The position numbers and the translations under genes are program-made. Positions 1 to 12,104 of a stretch of 64,000 nucleotides of DNA are shown here, piece by piece. Under the pieces are notes generated by a model. It worked only from the letters and a program-made list of their open reading frames with translations, made no database searches and was not told the DNA's origin. Origin of the DNA: Malacoraja senta (Eukaryota). The stretch's first letter is position 1; the number at the start of each line of letters is the position of its first letter. The stretch lies in the NCBI GenBank assembly GCA_038087875.1, contig JAXLNO010000366.1, positions 1 through 64,000 on the forward strand, read 5' to 3'.

Positions 1-453
1 TCTTGGTACGATTCTGATTTGGCCAAGTTCAGCATGAAGGTACTCATGTTTATGGCACTTGTAACATTGCAAAGTTACAGATTCATGGAAGTACCTCAGG
101 ATTATGTTATGTTTTACATTTTATGAACTACTCAAATGAAGTAGGATCAGGTGTGATAGGATTCAAGAGGGTTTTATTAGCATATTCTATGGATCCATGT
201 CTATATGTTAAGACATATTTGTTGCAATACATTGAGGCTACAAAGGTCTTATGAAATATGAAAACAAGATTGTTTATCATTCACGAAAAACCATACAAGA
301 TAGTGTCAGTTCAGACTATTTTAAGATGGTTAAAAACAAGTTTTGGTTGCTGCAGGTGTGAACATTGATGGTTTTACATTCCATTCAGTTTAGCAGCAAC
401 ATTGACGACCAGGGCGAAGGACGTCCCGTCGACCATATTTCACAGCCGCCGGG

Positions 454-657
454 TGTAAAGGATTGATAACGAGGCATCGTTACTTTACTATCTTTATTCA
501 TACTGGATCATTATACATTGCACTAGCTGTACGTGGTCTGTCACAGGAACTAGAGAGCGATCTGTGGGTGGGGAGGTTGTAGTTATACTTGTGATATGGG
601 GAGTGGTTAGTAGGTATGAGGTCACTATGTTAAAGGCACATGCATATCTCATCTACA
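454..657 (-). repeat. Gypsy 3' LTR
   Basis: TGTAAAGG...TCTACA; minus-strand AATAAA at 493-498; polypurine tract (GGAGAGGAAGGA on minus) at 658-669. Confidence 0.96.
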
Positions 658-726
658 TCCTTCCTCTCCGAAACGACAGGCAAATACAATGGTGACATGG
701 CGACCACGGCTCATGCGCTAGGATAG

Positions 727-2146
727 CTAGGCAACATCGCCATAGCGGTCAGGCGGTTTGACAAGACGTCCCGCCCGGGTTCGCGTCTCGCCATCCACCC
801 TTCCTGCAGGAGGAAGAGGCACCAGCGGGACAGACGAACCTGAAAGGGAGAAACGGGAGGAAACGGGAAGAGACCGCGGCACCGAAACTGGAGGGGATGC
901 GGGGCCGGGACCGGGAAGAGCGCGGGGGGGCGAGCGAGGACTAGTCGGAGTGTGATGGAGCGGAGGGGGCGAAGGAGGAGCAGACCGAGGCATGTCAGGA
1001 ATCACGGGCAGGGCAACGGCCGGACGCGAAACAGGCAGCGGGGGAGCAAAGGGATCGGTGGCAGGAGGACGCGGCTCGTGGATGAGCCGAAGGTGCTGGC
1101 GGGACCGTCGGTAAATGGTCCCAGCATAGTCGACGAAATAGGACCTGGGCGACCCCGCAGAGCCGACGACAGTAGCGAGCTTGGAGTGACCGGGAGTGGT
1201 TTGCATACGGACTACTTGACCAGGGAAGAGGGGCGGCAGCGGGTGGCAGGACCTGTCATGGGACCGCTTTTGGACGTCGTGCCTGAAGGCAATTCGTTTC
1301 TGAACCGCCGCAGGTCGGAGGACCGAGGGTATGAGGGAGCGCTGGGCCACCGGGAGTGGGAGCCTGGTAGGGCGAGACAGGAGCCGCTGAGCAGGTGAAC
1401 CCATGGCAGAGTCGCGGGAAATGTTCCGAAGGCTGAGGAGGGCCAGGTGGAAGTCGGAGTTAATGCCACCACACTGTTCCAACAAGTGCTTAGCACTGCG
1501 GACCGCGCGCTCGGCCAAACCGTTGCTTTGCGGGTACTCCGGGCTGCTGGTGAAGTGGCGAAAGTTCCATCTGGAAGCGAACGCTTTAAACTCGGAGCTC
1601 GTGAACTGGCTGCCATTGTCCGACTGCAAGCTTGCCGGGGGGCCAAAAGTGCTAAAGTGAGGGTACAACCTGTCGATGACGGCCGAAGAGGTCACGGAAG
1701 GCAGCCAGTCAACCACAAACCAGCTGGAGTAGGAGTCAACGAGTACCAGGAATGTTTGCCCCGCCACTCGAAAATGTCTGTGGCGAGCGCCATCCAGGGT
1801 AGTCCGGGCGCGGGCTGCTGTAGAAGCGGCTGACGCTGCTGATGGAGGGCGCGGCTGTTGCAGGTGGAACACGATGAGACCCTCTCCCGGATGTACTTGG
1901 CCATATCCGGCCAATAGAACTGGCTCTTGGCGAGAGACAAAGTGGCTTCGGCCCCAGTGTGACCGCGGTGTGCGACTTGAAAATATCGGTCGTGCAGCGC
2001 CGCGGGCACGACCACTTTGTGACCCTTCACCACCACGCCGTCGTGCAATACGAGCTCGTCCCGAATCAGGAAGTAGGGCACGACTCCAGCCGGCAGTGCC
2101 GAGCGACGGTCAGGCCAGCCCTGCCGGATGACGGCAGACAGCTGTT
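727..2146 (-). pseudogene. Gypsy integrase (HHCC + DDE core, Pro-rich C-terminus), frameshifted
   Basis: AHRGH..C..C, LATDIF, VDSYS, SDNGSQF, SSPEYPQSNGLAERAV split over ORFs 1692-2081 and 727-1914. Confidence 0.93.
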
Positions 2147-3157
2147 GCAGGTGAGGACAATGGGACGCTGCAGGTCAAAGAACTTGAGCGTGGGTGTGCT
2201 GATCAGTTTAGACTTAAGAATGTCAAATGCCTTCTGATGATTGGGTAACCAAAGCCAGGAAGTGTCCTTTTTGATCAGATCCCTCAGGGGAGCGCTGAGC
2301 TCGCTTAGGTCGGGGATGAACTTCCCCAGGTAGTTTACCAAGCCGAGGAAGCGTTGCAGGCCTGCCACGTTAGTAGGAGGAGGCATCCCTGAGATGGCAG
2401 CCGTTTTCTGCGGGTCTGGCTTTAGCCCCTCAGCGGTGAATACATGTCCAACATAGGTGACCTCCGAGACGCGGAATCGGCACTTCTTGGGGTTCAGTTT
2501 CAAGTTGATTTGCCTGGCCCGGTCCAGGATCAGGCGGAGGTTGACATCGTGTTCGGCAACATCCTTACCGTAAACGAGGATGTCGTCAACAATTATGGCG
2601 CAAGGCAGAATCTGAAAACAACTGTTCCATGGTTCGCTGGAATACCTCACTGGCAGAGTTGATTCCGAAGGGCATTCGGAGGAACCAAAACCTTCCGTAG
2701 GGGGTGGCGAAGGTTGTCAAAATGGACGACCGCTCGTCCAGTGGTATCTGCCAGAATGAGCTTTTGGCATCGAGGACCGAAAAGACCGTTGCTGGACCAA
2801 CCCCGTGCAGCGACGTCTTCCACCGTTCTCATAGGGGTAGTGAGGGCGCCGAATGGCCAGGTTGAGGTCTCTGGGGTTGATGCAGATGCGTATCTCACTC
2901 ATGTCCTTTTTAGCAGCAACAACCATGGAAGAGACCCAGCTGGTGGGCTCGACGACCGCCTTTAGGACGCCCATTTGTACCATACTGTGTAGGGTCGCCT
3001 CCACTTTGTCCCTCATGGCGAAGGAAATACGGTGAGGAGCATGGACCACAGGAACGATCTTATGGTCCACTTCAATCTTGTAGCTGCAGGGTAGTTTGCC
3101 TAGCTTATCATCAAAGCGGTCGGGATACTCGGCCAGCGGGTCCATAAGAGCCTGCAC
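2147..3157 (-). pseudogene. Gypsy reverse transcriptase, frameshifted, RNase H absent
   Basis: WVSSMVV, IRICINPRDLN, IIVDDILVYG, YVGHV, LQRFLGLVNYL across several frames. Confidence 0.93.
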
Positions 3158-3271
3158 GTGGTGGATGTCCCGGTGGAAAGGACACCAGTCCCATTTCCTG
3201 GCATGCCTGGATCCCCAGCAGGGGAACGCATCTTCGATTGAGGAGAAAGAAGGTGAGGGGCCGAGTGGCCT

Positions 3272-4427
3272 TCAGTATCTTACAGTGTAGTGTGGCCTTG
3301 CCACAGGAGTAAGGATCTCCCCACCGTAGGCATGCAGGTTTGAGCTCTGAGAAAATATCTGCTCATTAGTTCTTATCTGGTTGAAAAGGGATGTTGACAT
3401 AACATTGGTAACCGCCCCAGTGTCGATTTTGGCCGTGAAGGTCGAGTTGTTCACAGTGACTTGCACAGAAGGATCCGTTATCATAGCAGGTGCGTCCACC
3501 ACGGTAAACAAGCTGGTTTCCCCCTGAGAGGAGTTAGATGTAGGAACAGAATGTTCATCGGAATAGTGCTGGGAGCTGAGCTCATTATCCGACTGTAGAA
3601 GGTTGTTTAAATTTTGCCTTCGAGCAGCGACAGGCTTCCCACGGGAACGACAAGCTGCAGCAAAATGGTTCAACTTATTGCAGGAATTGCAATTCTTCCC
3701 TAGAGCAGGGCATACATTGAACTGATGAGTTGTGAAGTTGCAATTAGGGCACCTTTGCTGGGTGCCTCCCCTTGTAGCAGCACCGAACCCCGGGGCGCGT
3801 CCCCCTCGAGCAGCGAGCGACACCGGGGGTCGCGACTGGGGTGCGTTCATGAGATAGCTAGGAGTGCTGGCAAAGTTGATCGCCTGTTCAGCCGGCGGCG
3901 CCGCCGCGGAAACAGCGTCAGCTAAGCGAGTAGCGTGCATTGCATCGGCCAAGATCAGATCCGGCTTGCGAAGTAGTTCGGACCTGAGCTTCTCATCACG
4001 GAGACCGTAAACCAGTAGGTCCCTGATGACATTATCGGGGGTCCACGTCTCGAGGCGGCAGCGCCTGCCCAGGTCCCGCAGCGCAATGACATAGTTTCTC
4101 AGCAGATTCCCCAGGGAGCTGACGCCGCGCGAACAGTTTAAAACGTTCTAAAATGCAATTAGTCGGAATGTCACAAATAGCGTCAAACTTAGCCAACAGA
4201 CATACCGGGTCCCGAGCTGTTTCTCCAGCAGCGTAGACGAAGAAGTCAGAGCGAGTCAAGGCGTCGGGACCAGCCAAGTTGAGAAGCAGTGAGGCTTTGA
4301 GAGCGGGGGTGGCGCCAGGATGGGCAATCGTGAAATAGTGTTCAAAGTCACGTTTGAATATGTCCCATCGAAGGGCGATGTCGAAATCAAAAACGAGCGC
4401 ATCGGGCTTACGGGCAGAAGAGGCCAT
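3272..4427 (-). pseudogene. Gypsy Gag + aspartic protease, frameshifted
   Basis: ATG at 4427; zinc knuckles CPNC...H...C and CNSCNKLNHFAAAC; protease motif KIDTGA. Confidence 0.9.
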
Positions 4428-4504
4428 AACAAAAAACAGTTAGGGGGGAAACAAAAAACTGGGTCAAAATTAAATGATAAACCGATAAACAGGAGGCGCA
4501 AGGT

Positions 4505-4520
4505 AAGTTATTTGACACCA
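4505..4520 (-). promoter_or_regulatory. Primer-binding site of the Gypsy element
   Basis: TGGTGTCA... directly follows the 5' LTR on the minus strand; complementary to a tRNA CCA end (tRNA-Leu-like, tentative). Confidence 0.75.
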
Positions 4521-4724
4521 TGTAAAGGATTGATAATGAGGCATCGTTACTTTACTATCTTTATTCATACTGGATCATTATACATTGCACTAGCTGTACG
4601 TGGTCTGTCACAGGAACTAGAGAGCGATCTGTGGGTGGGGAGGTTGTAGTTATACTTGTGATATGGGGAGTGGTTAGTAGGTATGAGGTCACTATGTTAA
4701 AGGCACATGCATATCTCATCTACA
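4521..4724 (-). repeat. Gypsy 5' LTR
   Basis: Matches 454-657 except one C/T difference at a CpG. Confidence 0.96.
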
Positions 4725-5409
4725 CCGGGTGATCTAATAAGTTGGTGTTTCAACACTTTTACCATCGGTCTATTGCCAATTCGGGGCTGTTTGCAGATAC
4801 TATATTAAGTTCTGCTTAAATTTCCCTGGGTTAAAAGGGATACTGTTAATTCTTTTATTCAAATAAATGAATTACTGCATTTGTGGTACAAATGTTATTA
4901 TTAATGCATTATTGATTATTCTCGTTCCGAGTCAATCGATGCAGTGAGAAGCCGGGATTGATCTACAGCATGAAATCACAAAGCTTTAAAATCTTCACGT
5001 AGTCACTCACGTGACTCCGAAGTAAAATAGTAAGATTAAACGAGAACTTACCTAAGTTTGATCTTTATTTTATGAGGAGTTACGTTGGTGATTACGTGCC
5101 CACCACGACCCAACCCTCTATCATAAAGGTTAGATGAAAGTTCTTGTATTACTCGTTTTATTATGATACTATATTACTTCGCTTGTTGTTTTTTGTGATT
5201 TCACACCGCTGCTTCGAAGATTGACACGCAGGCGCACTGGCGGGGTTCTTCACGTAATCACCAACGTAACTCCTCATAAAATAAAGATCAAACTTCAAAC
5301 TTAGGTAAGTTCTTGTTTAATCTTACTATTTTAATGCAGAAAAATGTAATAAGAATTAGTTTACCTACAATAACTGGGCAAAAGTAGTAACATTACAAAT
5401 AACCAGATC

Positions 5410-6063
5410 ATCTTTGGACTTTATAGACACAACGTGAAAACAGGCCCTTTGGTCCAATGAGTCCATGTTGACCAGCGATCACCCCATATCCTAGCACAAT
5501 CCTACGCATTAGAGACAATTTCCAAATTACAATTAGAAGCCAATTAACCCACAAACCTGTATGTCTTTGGAAGGTGGGAGGAAACCAGAGCAACCGGCGA
5601 AAACCCACGTTGTCACAGGGAGAACGTACAAACACCATACAGGCAGCACCATGAGTCAGGATGGAACCCAAGTCTCTGACATTGTAATGGGCCTGTCCCA
5701 CTTACGCGACTTTTTCGGCGACTGCCGGCACCTGTCATAGGTCGTTGCAGGTTGCCGAAAATTTTCAACATGTTGAAAATCCAGCGGCGACCAGAAAGAC
5801 GCTACGACTCTTTGGGCGACTGAGGAGACTACTCACGACCATACAGGCGACACCCTGGCGACATGTCGCGGGGTGAAGCCTGTATGGTTGTGAGTAGTTG
5901 CCCAAAGAATCGTACCTTGTTCTGGTCACCGCTGGATTTTCAACATGTTGAAAATTTTCGGCGACCTGCAACAACCTATGACAGGTGCCAGCAGTCGCCG
6001 AAAAAGTTGTGTAAGTGGGACAGGCCCGTAAGGCAGCAGCTCCACCGCTTCGCCATTGTGTCA
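5410..6063 (-). mobile_element. tRNA-derived V-SINE (HE1-like), split by a MITE
   Basis: tRNA-like head, V-domain (GTTTGTACGTTCTCCCTGTG), CR1-like tail. Confidence 0.85.
5688..6028. mobile_element. Harbinger/PIF-type MITE, nearly palindromic
   Basis: TIR GGGCCTGTCCCACTTAC with long inverted arms; TAA TSD at 5685-5687 and 6029-6031. Confidence 0.92.
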
Positions 6064-6149
6064 CCCTCAGTTTTACATTATTGGCCAAGAAATGCTTGTG
6101 AACAAGAGACAGAGAAGAACTATCCTGCTCTTCTTCAAGATAATGCTTT

Positions 6150-6310
6150 GAGACTTTTCCATCCTCCTGACTGAGCAGGTGCAGTCTTGGTTCAACATCT
6201 TATCCAAGACCTGACACTTTCCATAATACAGCACTCTCAGCACAAGCACTAGAATGTACTGAAGGCTCTCGGTCGCAGTTTGACACAATGACCGTTTGAC
6301 TTGCAAACAA
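6150..6310 (-). mobile_element. Ancient DeuSINE-like remnant
   Basis: Degenerate resemblance to the Deu domain (...GTGCTG...GGATAAGATGTTGAACCAAG on minus); recognised by eye. Confidence 0.45.
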
Positions 6311-6724
6311 AAGTGTTACCAACTGAGTCAACATTATAAAAGTAACCTGATATTCTGAAATAAAATCGCAGTCTTTGAAAATCTGTCCTTGCATCTACAT
6401 GGACACATTACAGAATACTCCACTCAATATACTACTTTTCAAGAATGGCTAGATGAGCACAGCAGAACATTAACCACCTGCACGAACAGGACATTGCTGT
6501 AAGTTTAACAACTGGACTGCTCTATTTCAGGGAAGAAGTTCTTTGCAGAGATCATCAGTTGATGGTTTATCAGGAATAATTAAAGAATGAAAAATGCAGA
6601 GCTGCAGGAAAAGCTCAACAGAGAGAAGAAAACTGAGTAATATCACAGTAGGATGACTTACAATAGAAACGGCCCATGTTGATACGGACTAAGTTGAATT
6701 CAATATTGTTTAAGGGCAGCACAC

Positions 6725-6870
6725 AAATTCATAAGTTATAGGAGCAGAATTAAGCCATTCGACCCATCAAGTCTACTCCACCATTCAATCATGGCTGATC
6801 TAGCTTTCCCTCACAACCACATTCTCCTGCCTTCTCCCCGTAATCCCTGGTACCCTTGTTAATCAAGATC
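6725..6870 (-). mobile_element. CR1 3' end fragment
   Basis: Same 3' UTR as the CR1 copies ending near 22990 and 26085. Confidence 0.8.
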
Positions 6871-6909
6871 ACAGTCTAATCACAATCTAATCTAATTAAA
6901 CTGATCTAA

Positions 6910-7212
6910 TCACAGTGGCACAATTAGTGGAGCCACTGCCTCAAAGCTTCAGACACCTGGATTCAATCTTGACCTCGGGTACTGTCTGTGTGGAGTTTGC
7001 ATAATCTCTGTGACCGCGTGGGTTTCCTCCTGATGCTCTGGTTTCACCTACAACGGGTTGTAAGTTAATTGGCCTCCGTAAATTGCTCCTAGTTTGCAGG
7101 GAGTGGATGGGAAAGTTAGATCACATAGAATTAGTGTGAATGGGTTTTCAATGGTTGGCAATGGTGGGCTAAATGTCCGATTTCCACGCTGTACTTCTAA
7201 AAGAAAAACTAA
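6910..7212 (+). mobile_element. V-SINE (HE1-like)
   Basis: tRNA head, GTGTGGAGTTTGCA V-domain, CR1-like tail. Confidence 0.8.
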
Positions 7213-7550
7213 CAAAATTCAATTTGGAAGGTTGTAACTGTGCACAAATGGAAAATATTGTTCCACAAGCTTACACTGGGTTTCATCGTAACAGTATGGG
7301 GGGCTGCAGAGAAATTGGTTAGAGTGGGAATGAGATGGTGATTTTTTATGGCAGGCAGCAGAAAGCTCAGGGTCGGCCCTGGGGGATGTATACTGTGGCT
7401 CTGCAAACTGGTCACCCAATTTGTGTTTGATTTCTCCAGAAGAAAGGACACCAAATTTTGCACTACATTGGCTTGGAAGAACAGCTAGTGAATCACTGCT
7501 TTACCTGAAAGAACAATTTAGGTCTCTGTATGGTGGGTAGGGAAAAGTTA

Positions 7551-7730
7551 AATCACAATCAATCACAATTACAATAATACTTTATTAGCCAAGGAAAAAC
7601 ATACGAGGAATTTAATTTGCCAAGTCAATCATACAATCAAAAGCAGCGGAGCACACATAACACACTTTAACATGAACATCCACCACAGTGACTCCTCCAC
7701 ATTCCTCACTGTGATGGAAGGCGAAAAATA
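7551..7730 (-). mobile_element. 5'-truncated non-autonomous retroposon with hairpin core and Rex1-type tail
   Basis: Hairpin at 7678-7722; tail AAATTCCTCGTATGT..CTTGGCTAATAAA resembles the LINE tail at 46380-46415. Confidence 0.65.
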
Positions 7731-8130
7731 AATGATAGGTTTTGCATCTTCTATGGCTACATGGGAGAGGTCGTCAGGAAGAAAGAATGCACCAGGGAGT
7801 CACAAAGGAGATGATCCCTTTGTAAGGCTAAAAAGAATGGAGTGGGGTCTATGTATCTGGTGTTGGAATCTTATACGATCTGGCAAAAAATGCAGCGAAT
7901 GAATGCAGAGATTGGTAGGGTAGACAGTGAGGAAAGGGGAGCTCTGTTTCTGCTCTATCCAGAGTTGAAAAGAAGAGAGCAGAGGTGCAGGAAATAGATA
8001 ATAGCCGAGAAAAGAGCCAAAATACCTCCCCACGAGTTGCAACCCTACAGCACACCCCAACTGATATTTAAACGAATATCCCTATGAACTTCAGGTGAAT
8101 GCGTTTGGCACTTTGTCAGGATATTTGTCA

Positions 8131-8440
8131 GGCGGGCACAGTGGTACAGCGGGTAGAGCAGCTGCCTCACAGCGCCAGAGACTCAGACTCGATTCTGACC
8201 TCGGGTGCTCTCTGTGTGGAGTTTGCACATTCTCCCTGTGACCGCATGGGTTTCCTCTGGGTGCTCTGGTTCCTCCCACATCTCAAGGACGTGGGTTTGT
8301 AGGTTAATTGGCCTAGGTACAATTGTCCCAAGTGGATGGGAAAGTGGGATAATATAGAACAAGTGAGTGAACAGGTGATCATTGGTCAGCGTGGGCTGAA
8401 GGAGCTGTTTCCATGTTGTATCTCTAAAATAAATTAAACT
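8131..8440 (+). mobile_element. V-SINE (HE1-like)
   Basis: A/B-box head, V-domain, tail. Confidence 0.88.
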
Positions 8441-9367
8441 TTACGAGACCATTTTCAATCATGAATTTGCCCAGAAGAAATGTAGGATGTTAAAACTGTA
8501 CCTCTAATCTGCATTGATCCCAGCAAATGTAGGACAGAGTTTCTGTGAGGGGAGAAAACCATTGTGAGGAGGTTGCACCACAATCATTTCCCCGTGATCA
8601 ATGAGACCAGCAACCGTGCCACACAAATACTGCACCATGATTATCTCCAACAAAGTTTAATAAACAACCTTTGTCATTGAAGTGTGCTACCTTCAGCAAA
8701 TTTCCCACCAACACCATTAGCCAGAAATGCAGTTGGATAAGCCACATATTATTGCAGCTATTCGAGTACATCAGAAGTGGATTATGCATCTTCTGAATTT
8801 CAGAATCTTTTCCACCATCTCCAAGATCCAAGTCAGGTGAACAATTGAAGACTCTCCATTCTGCTCCAATACTCCAATCCAAAAGTGTAGCTGGGACATG
8901 TTGGCTGGTGTGGGCAAGTTGGGGCGAAGGGCCTGTTTCCACACTGTATCACTCTATGACCCTATGACTCTATGACTTAAGGCAGCAGAAACATAACACC
9001 AAACTCCTGATCAATGCTTCATGTATAATTCTGAATATTCAGGCTCTCCATCACTGCTGCACAATGGCTACAATGCACATCATTCTAAGATGCACTATAA
9101 TTACTTGCCATAGCTTTTTTGCTAACGAAAATCTTTATATGAATCCCACCTAGAGGCCAAAGGGAGCTCTGGAACACTACCACCTGCAGGAATCAGCACA
9201 GCTCTCCCACCATTCTGATACGGAAATACATCAACCTTCTGATCATTGGATCGAAATCTTTGAACTCTCTCTCTCTCTGGGAATGTTTGCAGAAACTCAA
9301 AGAGGCAGCTTGCTGGTACAATCTCATCCATTTAGAAATGGGCAATGTATAATGGCCTTACTAGTAA

Positions 9368-9900
9368 AGGGACTGTCCCACTGCGGCAACCTAATTGGCG
9401 AGTTTAGAAGATTTTCGGAGAGTTTGAAAAAGTGTCATGTTGAAGACCTCCTTCGACTATGTAGAAGACCTCCTTCGACTATGTTGAAGACTAGCTTCGA
9501 CTAGCTACGACCAGCTTCGGGAAAATTGGACACCGAATAGTGGAGCGTGAAGGTGATCTTCAATCTCCTTCAACCTCCCTTTGACTATGTTGAAGACTAT
9601 CTACGACTACCTTCGACTAACTTTGATTACCTTCGACTACCCTCGATTACCTACGAATAACATGCCGACCTACTACGACCTACTTCGACTAGACCTACGA
9701 GTAAAAAAAATATCGATTTGTCAGCATGTTGAAAAATACGCTGCGACCCAGCTGAGGCCTCGAGTATGCGGGACTACTCTCGAGCATGAAGGAAAGTTAC
9801 AAAGACCTCCTAGGACCTCGTGACGACCATGCTGCGAGTATGAGTCGAGGGCAAACTCTTCTAAACTTGCTAATTATGTCGCCGCAGTGGGACAGCCCCT
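9368..9900. mobile_element. Harbinger-type MITE with internal CTTCGACTA-like short repeats
   Basis: TIR AGGG(A/G)CTGTCCCACTGCGGC; TAA TSD at 9365-9367 and 9901-9903. Confidence 0.92.
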
Positions 9901-10158
9901 TAATGGTTATATCTCAAAGCTGAAAATAATCCTCAATTCATACAATTTGTTGCCAATTTGATGACATAGATAATATTGCCAGGACTTGAGCAACTGTACC
10001 GCAATAGACTGAAGGAACAACTCGATATTCCATAAAAGAAATAAAGCAATACTGACAGATGTATGCCCCTTATCACAGCCTCTGGTTATTCCAAAGCACT
10101 TTACAACCAACAAAACACTTTTGTGTATATTTACTTATATTAAAAGGATTTTCCAGAT

Positions 10159-10975
10159 AGACACAAAATGCTGGAGTAATTCAGTGGGACAGGCAGCATC
10201 TCTGGAGAGAAGGAATGGGTGACATTTCGGGTCAGACCCTTCTTCAGACTGATGTCAGGGGAGTGGGCAGGGCAAAGATAGAATGTAGTCAGAGACAGTA
10301 AGACTGGTGGGAGAACCGGGAAGGGGGAGGGGATTGAGAGGGATAGCAAGGGCTATTTGAAGTTAGAGAAGTCAGTGTTCATACCGCTTGGGTGTAAGCT
10401 ACACAAGCGAAATATGTGGTGCTGTTCTTCCAATTTGCACTGGGCCTCACTCCGATAATGGATGAGGCCCAGGACATAAAGGTCATATTGGGAACGGGAG
10501 GGGGAGTTGAAGTGCTGAGCAACAGGGAGATCAGGTAGGTTAAGACAGACTGAGCGGAACGATCACCCGAGCCTGCGCTTGGTCTCCGATGTTAAGAAAT
10601 TGACACCTGGAACACAGGATACAGTAGATGAGGTTGGAGAAGGTGCATGTGAAGGTGCATGTGAACTCTGGTGCATGTGAACTCTGCCTCACCTTATTGT
10701 TGCTGAACTTTCGTCAAAGAGAGGAGGAAAACGTCTTCAAAGTAGACATACCTTGAGGAGATTTCACAGTGGAGCAGACAAAATGTGTAGGAAAGAAATG
10801 CAGATGCTGGTTGAAATCGAAGGTAGACACAAAATGCTGGAATAACTCAGCGGGACAGGCAGCATCTCTGGAGAGAAGGATGGATGATGTTTTGGGTTGA
10901 GACCCTTCTTCAACTGATGTCTTTATTGTTGCTGAACTCTCGTCGAAGAGCAGAGGAGAACTTCTTCAAAGTATT
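10159..10975 (-). mobile_element. Penelope-like element, partial tandem (GIY-YIG remnant, two hammerhead-bearing termini)
   Basis: GIY-YIG remnant about 10355-10690 similar to 43234-43560; terminal unit repeated at 10159-10256 and 10825-10921; 11-bp flanking duplication ATTTTCCAGAT. Confidence 0.85.
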
Positions 10976-11095
10976 ATTTTCCAGATGTTTGCTTCAAGGT
11001 TTAATCCATTGCAATCACATATGAGGGGTATTTGCAACTCAGTTAACATTTTGTATAACATGATCTGCCGTGCTTTGTCCTGCTTCTCCAATCTT

Positions 11096-11951
11096 AGAGA
11101 TTTAGAGAATAGAGATTCCTTTATTTGTCATTCAGACCTTTCGGTCTGAACGAAATTTCGTTGCCTGCAGTCATACATATAATAATAAATAACAAACACA
11201 ATAAACACAAATTAACATCCACCACAGTGAGTTCACCAGGCACCTCCTCACTGTGATGGAGGCAAAAGTCTTAAAGTCTCTGTCTCTTCCCTCCTTGTTC
11301 TCCCTCTGCGCTGAGGTGATCCAGACTTCTGATGTTGTGACCCCACCGGGTGATGGTAAGTAAGGCAATCCCGCGGCTGAATCCGTGCTCCGTCCGCGAC
11401 GGGCCGGTTCAAACTCCGCGGCCCGGGTTGGCCGAGGCTGCCGAAGCTGCCACCCTCCAGTCCAGCGGACACAGCTGTAGTAGCGGGAGCCCCAGAAAAA
11501 CAGGTCACCAACCTGTGACCTGCGCGCTCCCGAAGATGTCGTCCACTGGGCCAGCTGCGGCCGAGCCTCCGGACTCAGATCGCCACCAGTGTCTTTGGTC
11601 GCCACCGCCGGAACGCCACCGCAGCCCCGAAGCAGACCAGCCCTGCGCTGGTAAGTCCTGGCTCTGCCTCCGGAGCCTCGAGGTCGATCGGTCGCTCGCA
11701 GTTGGAGTTGGAGGCCGGCAGCTCCGCCATTAGGCCTCAGCGCAGACGGAGGCAGAGAACGGGGATACGACAAATAAAAGTCGCATTCCCCCGAAGGAAG
11801 AGACAAAAGTCATGTTTCACCCCCCCACCCCACACATACACAACCCAATAAACTAAAATTTAACTAAAACAGGACAAAAGAAAACAACAAAAAAAGTAAA
11901 AACAGACGGACTGCAGGCGAGCCGCTGCTGTACGACAGCGCCGCCACTTCC
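11096..11951 (-). mobile_element. Apparently full-length non-autonomous retroposon (GC-rich 5' part, hairpin core, Rex1-type tail)
   Basis: Starts GGAAGTGGCGGCGC; ends AATTTCGTTC..ATGACAAATAAA plus short repeats; probable TSD ATCTT at 11091-11095 and 11952-11956. Confidence 0.75.
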
Positions 11952-11959
11952 ATCTTCTA

Positions 11960-12080
11960 GCCTCCTTTCCCCCCACTCCTGCAATCAGCCCGAAGAAGGT
12001 CCCAACCCGAAACGTCATCTATCCATGTTCTCCATGGTGCTGCCCGACCCATTGAATTACTTCATCATTTTGTGTCTTTC
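11960..12080 (+). mobile_element. Penelope/MER6-like terminal fragment with decayed hammerhead
   Basis: CCGAAGAAGGTCCCAACCCGAAACGTC plus the family 3' flank. Confidence 0.7.
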
Positions 12081-12104
12081 CTCATTTAATAGCTCCTCTA
12101 CAGT

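Larger units (their letters stand above)
454..4724 (-). mobile_element. Ty3/Gypsy LTR retrotransposon with both LTRs, defective (RNase H deleted, frameshifts)
   Basis: 204-bp TG..CA LTRs at 454-657 and 4521-4724. 5-bp TSD CCGGG at 449-453 and 4725-4729. Gag-PR-RT-IN order on the minus strand. Confidence 0.97.
1..5332 (+). mobile_element. DIRS1-type retrotransposon, 3' part (copy 1): decayed tyrosine recombinase, ICR and right terminus; interrupted by the Gypsy element
   Basis: 1-453 and 4730-4819 align by eye with the YR of the element at 30427-31168 (KP..V..QTI.RWLK, DVP.DHI..AAG, HR.IA..GLFA..ILSA). ICR about 4992-5098; complementary right terminus about 5250-5332. Confidence 0.9.

Noticed and set aside
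758..1833. Plus-strand ORFs over the integrase
   Set aside because: Antisense shadows of GC-rich coding sequence.
8131..8205. tRNA gene (also other SINE heads)
   Set aside because: A/B boxes run into a V-domain and LINE tail; these are SINE heads.
9440..9700. CRISPR-like short repeats
   Set aside because: Irregular degenerate repeats inside a MITE, no unique spacers, eukaryotic context.
11171..11806. 211-aa ORF
   Set aside because: Lies in a GC-rich non-autonomous repeat with no recognisable domain; likely a chance ORF.
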